The notes beneath the pieces are model-generated. The model was not told where the DNA came from. It saw nothing but the letters and a program-made list of their open reading frames with translations, and searched no databases. The position numbers and the translations under genes are program-made. This document shows, piece after piece, positions 59,570 to 64,000 of a stretch of DNA of 64,000 nucleotides. Every line of letters begins with the position of its first letter. Positions within the stretch are counted from its first letter, which is position 1. The DNA is from an uncultured Anaerolineales bacterium (GTDB taxonomy: Bacteria > Chloroflexota > Anaerolineae > CG2-30-64-16), in assembly GCA_964551735.1 (NCBI GenBank), contig CAZKEF010000001.1, positions 118,167 to 182,166 on the forward strand, read 5' to 3'.

Positions 59570-61306
59570 TTAGCCCTTTTCCTTCGTGTGCGCCGAGCGC
59601 CGGCCGGGACCGCTGCCCTCGGGGCCGAACGTCGCGGTCGGCGTCCACCAGAGCGGCACCTGGATGCTTTCGCCGGTCAGCGGGCCCTGGCCCTGGGCCA
59701 CCTGCCGCGCCACGGGGTAGCCCGCCTGCGCGTGGCGGATCACGCCGATGCCGGAATCGGTGGTCAGGCTGGCCTCCAGCCGCAGGTCGGCCTCCTCGCT
59801 GCCGTCCGCGATCATGGTGACGCCGGTGTGGACCGCCTCGCCCATGGAATAGTTGGCCTGGATCGCGACCAGGTCGGCCATCGCGGCGGTGTTCAGCAGC
59901 GCGTTCAGGTACGGCCAGTCGGAGATCAGGTCGCTGCCGTCCAGCATCTGCTCCGACTCGAAGGTCGGGTTGACGATGGAGCCGGAGTCGAGGTTGTCGC
60001 GCGAGAACGCCACCGGCCCCTTGACCTCACCCGCGCGGATCAGCCGGTTGACCGCCAGGCCGAACGCCTTGCGCTCGCCGAAGCCCAGATAGCAGACGCG
60101 GGCGGGCAGCGCCTCGATGGGCAGGTCGCGCCGTGCCAGGGTGATCCAGCGCACCGTCGTCTTGTCGTGCGGGAACATTGCCAACGCCAGGTCGTCCAGC
60201 CGGGCCAGGTCGCTGGCCTCGCCGGAGAGGCAGGTCCAGCGGAAGGGGCCGCGGCCCATGAGGAAGAGGGGCCGGATGTACGCTGCGACGAAGCCAGGGA
60301 TGCTCATCGCCTGCGCTTCCGCCATGCCTGCGTCGCGACACTCTTTGCGGATGCTGGTGCCGTACTCGAAGACCTGCACCCCGGCCTTGCTGAATTCGAT
60401 CATCGCGGCGAGCTGCCGTTTCATGGATTCCCGCGCCTCGGCCAGGTAGGCCAGGCGGTCGGCGGTGCGCGCGGCCTCGGCCGATTGCACGGTGTGGCCG
60501 GCCGCGATGTAGGAGATCGGGTCGTGGCACGGGCACATCTCGGTGATGATGTCGGGCCGCCAGCCCAGCGCCAGCGCGCGGGGGAAGATCTCGGCCGCGT
60601 TGCCGTGCAGGCCGATGCCCAGCGCCCGGCCCTCGGCCTTGGCCTGCTCGGCCAGCTTGATGCCCTCTTCCAGGGTGTCCACCTGGACATCCAGGAACTT
60701 CTTGCGGATGCGGGTGGGGATGATGTCGGGGTTGGCGTCCACTACCAGGCAGACCCCGCCGTGCATGGTCATGGCGCGGGGTTGGTTCGCGCCCATGCCG
60801 CCCAGGCCCGCGGTGAACAGGATACGGCCGACCAGTGAGCCGCCGAAATGCTGCTCGCCGATGGCGCCCAGCGTCTCGAAGGTGCCCTGGATCACGCCCT
60901 GCGTGCCGATGTACTCCCACGGCGCGGCCGTGTACTGCGCGAACATGGTCAGGTTCTTGTCCTGCAGGTCGTAGAAGATGGGCCAGGTCGCCTTCATGAT
61001 GTTGGTGTTCGCCATCACCACGCGCGGGGCCAGGCGGTGGGTCTTGAAGATGGCGACGGGCATGCCGGACTGGATCGCCAGCGTCTCGTCGTTCTCCAGG
61101 TTGAGCAGCGCGTCCACGATGGCGTGGTACGATTCCCAGTTGCGCGCGCACTTGCCGATGCCGCCGTAGATCACCAGCCGTTCCGGCGCCTCGGCGTTCT
61201 CCATGTTGTTTTCCAGCATGCGCAGCAGGCTTTCCTGCTTCCAGCCCTTGCAGCGCAGCGTCGGCCCGCGCTGGGCCACCACCGAGTAGAGGATTTCGGG
61301 TGTCAT
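59570..61306 (-). CDS. hutU: urocanate hydratase
   Basis: About 578 aa. ..RLVIYGGIGK...GLGGMGANQP... and a C-terminal ..PLWWTP region are typical of urocanase. AAGGAAGG RBS. Confidence 0.95.
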   Translation of the reverse strand: MTPEILYSVVAQRGPTLRCKGWKQESLLRMLENNMENAEAPERLVIYGGIGKCARNWESYHAIVDALLNLENDETLAIQSGMPVAIFKTHRLAPRVVMANTNIMKATWPIFYDLQDKNLTMFAQYTAAPWEYIGTQGVIQGTFETLGAIGEQHFGGSLVGRILFTAGLGGMGANQPRAMTMHGGVCLVVDANPDIIPTRIRKKFLDVQVDTLEEGIKLAEQAKAEGRALGIGLHGNAAEIFPRALALGWRPDIITEMCPCHDPISYIAAGHTVQSAEAARTADRLAYLAEARESMKRQLAAMIEFSKAGVQVFEYGTSIRKECRDAGMAEAQAMSIPGFVAAYIRPLFLMGRGPFRWTCLSGEASDLARLDDLALAMFPHDKTTVRWITLARRDLPIEALPARVCYLGFGERKAFGLAVNRLIRAGEVKGPVAFSRDNLDSGSIVNPTFESEQMLDGSDLISDWPYLNALLNTAAMADLVAIQANYSMGEAVHTGVTMIADGSEEADLRLEASLTTDSGIGVIRHAQAGYPVARQVAQGQGPLTGESIQVPLWWTPTATFGPEGSGPGRRSAHTKEKG

Positions 61307-61348
61307 GGGTCCTTCCTTTTGATTTGTGAGATGCGATCAAGGCCAGTG

Positions 61349-61465
61349 GTCATTCTGAGCGGGTTAACCACTCAACATCCGTTGCAGACAGATACCAGCG
61401 AAGAATCTCCTGCGAGTGCCTCAGATGTCACGAGATTCTTCGGGGCTGCGGCCCCTCAGAATGAC
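61349..61465. repeat. R5 REP-like composite palindrome (GTCATTCTGAG ... CGAAGAATCTC / GAGATTCTTCG ... CTCAGAATGAC)
   Basis: Arm A at 61349..61359, B at 61399..61409, B' at 61432..61442 and A' at 61455..61465. Confidence 0.7.
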
Positions 61466-61484
61466 AGGCTCTCGCCTACAGGAC

Positions 61485-62378
61485 CTATTCGATCAACGCG
61501 ACCTCGATCACCTGTTCCAGCGAAAAGTCGTGGACTTGCAGATAGAACTTCGTCACCTCTTCCAGCACGCCCAGGGGCACCGGCCCGACCAGTTCCGTGC
61601 CGGCGATCGCCACGCCGTAGCGCGCGGCCTCGCTGCGGATCGTCTCCAGCACGCGCGAAACGGGGGTCTTGTCGTAGCGGAGCAGATTCATCGAGACCTG
61701 CACCAGCCCGCGGTCGGCCAACGGCAGGCCCAGTGCGCGCACGTAGCGGTAGCCGCCGCTGATATAGCGCACGGCCTTCGCGATCCGGTCGGCGATGCTC
61801 ACATCCGTGGTGCGCAAGTTGACGTTGAACGCCACCAGCGGGAAGCGCGCACCGGTGACCGTGACGCCCGACTTCGGATTGAAGACCGCCGGGCCCTCAT
61901 CGGGCGCCCATTCCGGCCGGGCCAGCTTCTCGGCCAGTGCCTCGTACTCCCCTTTGCGGATGTCGGGCAGGCTCTTGCGCTCGGGCCGGGTGGCCGCGTC
62001 CTCGTAGTAGTAGACCGGCACGCCCAGCCCGGCGACGTACTGCCCGAAGCGCCGGGCGATCGCGACCGCCTCGGCCGTCTCCACCCCGCGAATGGGGATG
62101 AACGGCGCCACGTCGAGCGCGCCCTGCCGCGGGTGCGTGCCGTGGTGCGCCGTCAAGTCAATCAGCTCGAACGTCCTGGCTGCCAACCGCTGCGTCGCTT
62201 CGAGCACCGCTTCCGGCTCGCCCAGGTAGGTGAACACCGAACGGTTGTGATCGGGGTCGCTGGAATAGTCAATCAGCTTGACGCCAGGCACGCCCCGCAC
62301 CGCGTCCGCCACCTGCTCGACCAGCGCCAGGTCGCGGCCTTCGCTGATGTTCGGTTCACACAAGAGGATTTTGCGCAT
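61485..62378 (-). CDS. glutamate formimidoyltransferase (FtcD N-terminal-domain homologue)
   Basis: MRKILLCEPNISEGRD... is characteristic of formiminotransferases. ATG 62378. Confidence 0.88.
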   Translation of the reverse strand: MRKILLCEPNISEGRDLALVEQVADAVRGVPGVKLIDYSSDPDHNRSVFTYLGEPEAVLEATQRLAARTFELIDLTAHHGTHPRQGALDVAPFIPIRGVETAEAVAIARRFGQYVAGLGVPVYYYEDAATRPERKSLPDIRKGEYEALAEKLARPEWAPDEGPAVFNPKSGVTVTGARFPLVAFNVNLRTTDVSIADRIAKAVRYISGGYRYVRALGLPLADRGLVQVSMNLLRYDKTPVSRVLETIRSEAARYGVAIAGTELVGPVPLGVLEEVTKFYLQVHDFSLEQVIEVALIE

Positions 62379-62388
62379 AGTTTTCCCT

Positions 62389-62982
62389 TTAGTCGGCGCA
62401 GGCCGACCTCGCAGAGGTAGCTGCGACTTCCAGTCGCCGAGCCTCGATCTCCTCGCGCGCGGCCTCATCCTTGACCCCTGGCAGATTGATCGACACGTTC
62501 GCCAGGCAGCCGAGCAGGCCCGCGCGCGCCAGGTGGCCGGCCGCCTGCAGATCGGATAGGGCGCGGGGGTTCGACCGACCCTCCAGCCGCGCCGCAAGGG
62601 ACAGCACCTCGGCACACAGTTCCGCGTTGTGCAACGGGACGCGCGTGGCATAGGTCATGGCGGAACGGATCGCCGCGGTGCGCGCAGCCTTCTCATCATC
62701 GGTCGCTTTCGGCAGGCGATACGCGGCCATCACCGCAGCAAACGACCCGGCGTCCTCGTCCGCGCCGGCCAGCAACGCCTGCGAGAGCGCCGCACCTTGC
62801 TCGGCAATGGCTAAGTAATACGCGTCCGGCTCGCCGCCCGCGCCGTTCAGTGACAGCCGCGCGACCAGCGCGATCAGCGCGGCCGCCATGCCGCCGGCGA
62901 TCGCCGACGCGCTGCCGCCGCCGGTGGAGGTGTCCGCCGGGTCGAGCACACGAAGGAAGGTGGGTGTAGGGTTGTGGGTCAT
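62389..62982 (-). CDS. formimidoyltetrahydrofolate cyclodeaminase (FtcD C-terminal-domain homologue)
   Basis: ..TGGGSASAIAGGMAAALIALVARLS.. is typical of cyclodeaminase/cyclohydrolase family proteins. The last 15 codons or so run through repeat R2b. Confidence 0.82.
   Translation of the reverse strand: MTHNPTPTFLRVLDPADTSTGGGSASAIAGGMAAALIALVARLSLNGAGGEPDAYYLAIAEQGAALSQALLAGADEDAGSFAAVMAAYRLPKATDDEKAARTAAIRSAMTYATRVPLHNAELCAEVLSLAARLEGRSNPRALSDLQAAGHLARAGLLGCLANVSINLPGVKDEAAREEIEARRLEVAATSARSACAD
62415..62438 (-). repeat. R2 repeat, copy b
   Basis: AGGTAGCTGCGACTTCCAGTCGCC is the reverse complement of copy a with one mismatch. Confidence 0.8.
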
Positions 62983-62991
62983 GTGAGATCT

Positions 62992-63012
62992 CGTGTTGCG
63001 TGGTGCGTGTGA
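62992..63012 (-). repeat. heptad tract (ACGCAnC)x3 between hutC and the cyclodeaminase gene
   Basis: On the plus strand, CGT occurs at 62992, 62999 and 63006. The sense strand reads ..ACACGCACCACGCAACACGAGATCTCACATG. Confidence 0.7.
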
Positions 63013-63016
63013 ACGG

Positions 63017-63730
63017 CTATGCTGGCAACGGATCTACCCGAGCGGCCAGGCAGTAGGCGTCACGATAGACTGCGCGGTACCAGACGGCAGGCCGGTTCGG
63101 CGCGGTGTAGGTGAGCCGCGCGACCACGACCGCCGGGGTCGCGGGCGGCACGCCCAACAACGCGGCGTCTTCAGCATCCAGCATTTGTGCTTCGATCTCC
63201 ACCACTGCGCGCAGCAGAGGCAGCTCCGACCGGTTGACCAGGATATCGTGGATCGAGGGCTGCGTCAGGTCCTCGGTCAACAGGTCAGGACACAGCGACC
63301 GGGGCAGGAACCGCTCGGAAAAGCCAACGACCGTCTCCCCCTCAACGCGCAGGCGCCGGATATGGATCACCGGCTCGCCCAGGGGCAGGCTGAGCCGCTC
63401 GGAAACCTCGATCCCCGCGGGGATGACCTCCCGGGTGATGACCCGAAAGATCGCAGCGCCGGGCAGGCAATCGGCGAAGCGGAACGGCACCGCGTTGGGG
63501 TGCGCGGCGCTAACGTAGGTGCCGCTGCCCTGCGCGGTGTACACCAGCCCCTCGGCCGCCAACTGCTCGATGGCCCGGCGCACCGTGCCGCGCGACAAGC
63601 CGTGGCGCGCCATCAGCGCCTCCTCGGTGGGCGCCTGTGCGCCTGGGGCCAGCTCGCCCGACAGGATCTGCTGGCGCAAGAGCTGCAAGAGCTGGCGATA
63701 TTTGGGCAGCGCGCCGGCAACGACTTTCAT
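63017..63730 (-). CDS. hutC: GntR/HutC-family transcriptional repressor (HTH plus UTRA domain)
   Basis: LPKYRQLLQLLRQQILSGEL...EALMARHGLSRGTVRRAIEQLAAEGLVYTAQGSGTYV. Located next to hut genes. Confidence 0.85.
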   Translation of the reverse strand: MKVVAGALPKYRQLLQLLRQQILSGELAPGAQAPTEEALMARHGLSRGTVRRAIEQLAAEGLVYTAQGSGTYVSAAHPNAVPFRFADCLPGAAIFRVITREVIPAGIEVSERLSLPLGEPVIHIRRLRVEGETVVGFSERFLPRSLCPDLLTEDLTQPSIHDILVNRSELPLLRAVVEIEAQMLDAEDAALLGVPPATPAVVVARLTYTAPNRPAVWYRAVYRDAYCLAARVDPLPA

Positions 63731-63751
63731 GCGCTTCGGTCCTTGCTAGAT

Positions 63752-63780
63752 TTGACTAGACGTCTAGTTGTCTATATAAT
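63752..63780 (+). promoter_or_regulatory. promoter TTGACT-17-TATAAT for hutH
   Basis: -35 at 63752..63757 and -10 at 63775..63780, 42 nt upstream of ATG 63822. Confidence 0.6.
63755..63768. promoter_or_regulatory. perfect 14-bp palindrome ACTAGACGTCTAGT, candidate HutC operator
   Basis: It lies inside the spacer of the hutH promoter, in the hutC-hutH divergent region. Confidence 0.55.
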
Positions 63781-63808
63781 TTTTATCATGGAATCAGAGG
63801 TTTGTCAA
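63780..63808 (-). promoter_or_regulatory. candidate divergent promoter TTGACA-17-TAAAAA for hutC
   Basis: On the minus strand, the -35 is the reverse complement of 63803..63808. The -10 is imperfect. Confidence 0.35.
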
Positions 63809-63821
63809 GAGGGAGAACACC

Positions 63822-64000
63822 ATGATCGAGCTTACCGGCAGCACATTGACCATCGAAGATCTGGTCGCCATTGCGCGCCACAGGGCCCCCGTGGCCCCGC
63901 TGAGCAAAGCGGCCCAGGCGCGGATGCAGGCCAGCCATGACTGGGTGATGGCAACCATCGCGGATGAGGCGCAAACGATCTACGGCGTCAACACCGGCTT
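63822..64000 (+). CDS. hutH: histidine ammonia-lyase, N-terminal part (3' end outside the window)
   Basis: MIELTGSTLTIEDLVAIARH...TIYGVNTG is a typical HAL N-terminus. GAGGGAG RBS. Confidence 0.9.
   Translation, partial: MIELTGSTLTIEDLVAIARHRAPVAPLSKAAQARMQASHDWVMATIADEAQTIYGVNTG

Noticed and set aside
59588-61762. Several long ORFs overlapping hutU (59588..60838 +, 60027..61340 - in another frame, 60848..61762 +)
   Set aside because: hutU in its own frame is unmistakable. The others are Arg/Gly/Pro-rich frames of the same GC-rich DNA.
31935-62438. Possibility that the recurring hairpin repeats (R1-R5) form a CRISPR array
   Set aside because: The copies are kilobases apart, belong to different sequence families, and lack regular repeat-spacer periodicity. 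No cas genes are present.

Overview
GC-rich bacterial chromosomal window (about two-thirds G+C by eye). The gene content and the abundant GC-rich palindromic intergenic repeats are reminiscent of Chloroflexota-type genomes, but I cannot confirm the taxon. I call about 63 protein-coding genes or gene remnants. I found no rRNA, tRNA or CRISPR array. Most long ORFs on the opposite strand of these genes are GC-driven shadow ORFs. The content is strongly accessory. It includes 3 NarL/CheY-type response regulators and 2 GAF/HisKA_3 histidine kinases, a MalT/LAL-type LuxR regulator, and 4 ABC-2 type exporter modules plus an orphan fused Dpp-type permease. It also includes 2 MFS transporters, at least 8 GNAT acetyltransferases, and 3 intact CPBP (CAAX-protease-like) membrane proteases plus one fragment. 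There are 3 intact ICMT-family membrane methyltransferases plus one frameshifted copy and one C-terminal remnant. There are two nearly identical PIG-L deacetylase genes, 2 Ntn (C45/choloylglycine-hydrolase-like) hydrolases fused to membrane domains, 2 beta-lactamase-fold serine hydrolases and 2 class-I SAM methyltransferases. Smaller units are an ArsR-type operon, a GyrI-like/WYL(YafY) divergent pair, a cupin and an MDR oxidoreductase. The right end carries a histidine-utilisation locus: hutI, hutU, a split FtcD-type formimidoyltransferase plus cyclodeaminase, hutC, and a partial hutH. The most interesting signals are these. (1) A catalytically dead ABC-ATPase domain is fused to a LytTR DNA-binding domain at the head of an ABC-2 exporter operon, and that operon's duplicated permease is joined by a linker made of repeat sequence. 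(2) A 1,005-bp duplication of the PIG-L gene shows a mosaic identity pattern suggestive of gene conversion. (3) CPBP and ICMT paralogues are co-expanded and carry recombination scars. (4) A MITE-like element has 9-bp direct repeats and 15-bp terminal inverted repeats. (5) Several families of REP-like hairpins and heptad-periodic tracts occur, some translated inside genes. (6) A C8/G8 homopolymer frameshift lies at the 3' end of a GT39 glycosyltransferase gene. Every functional call rests on motifs I recognise in the translations; no database search was possible.
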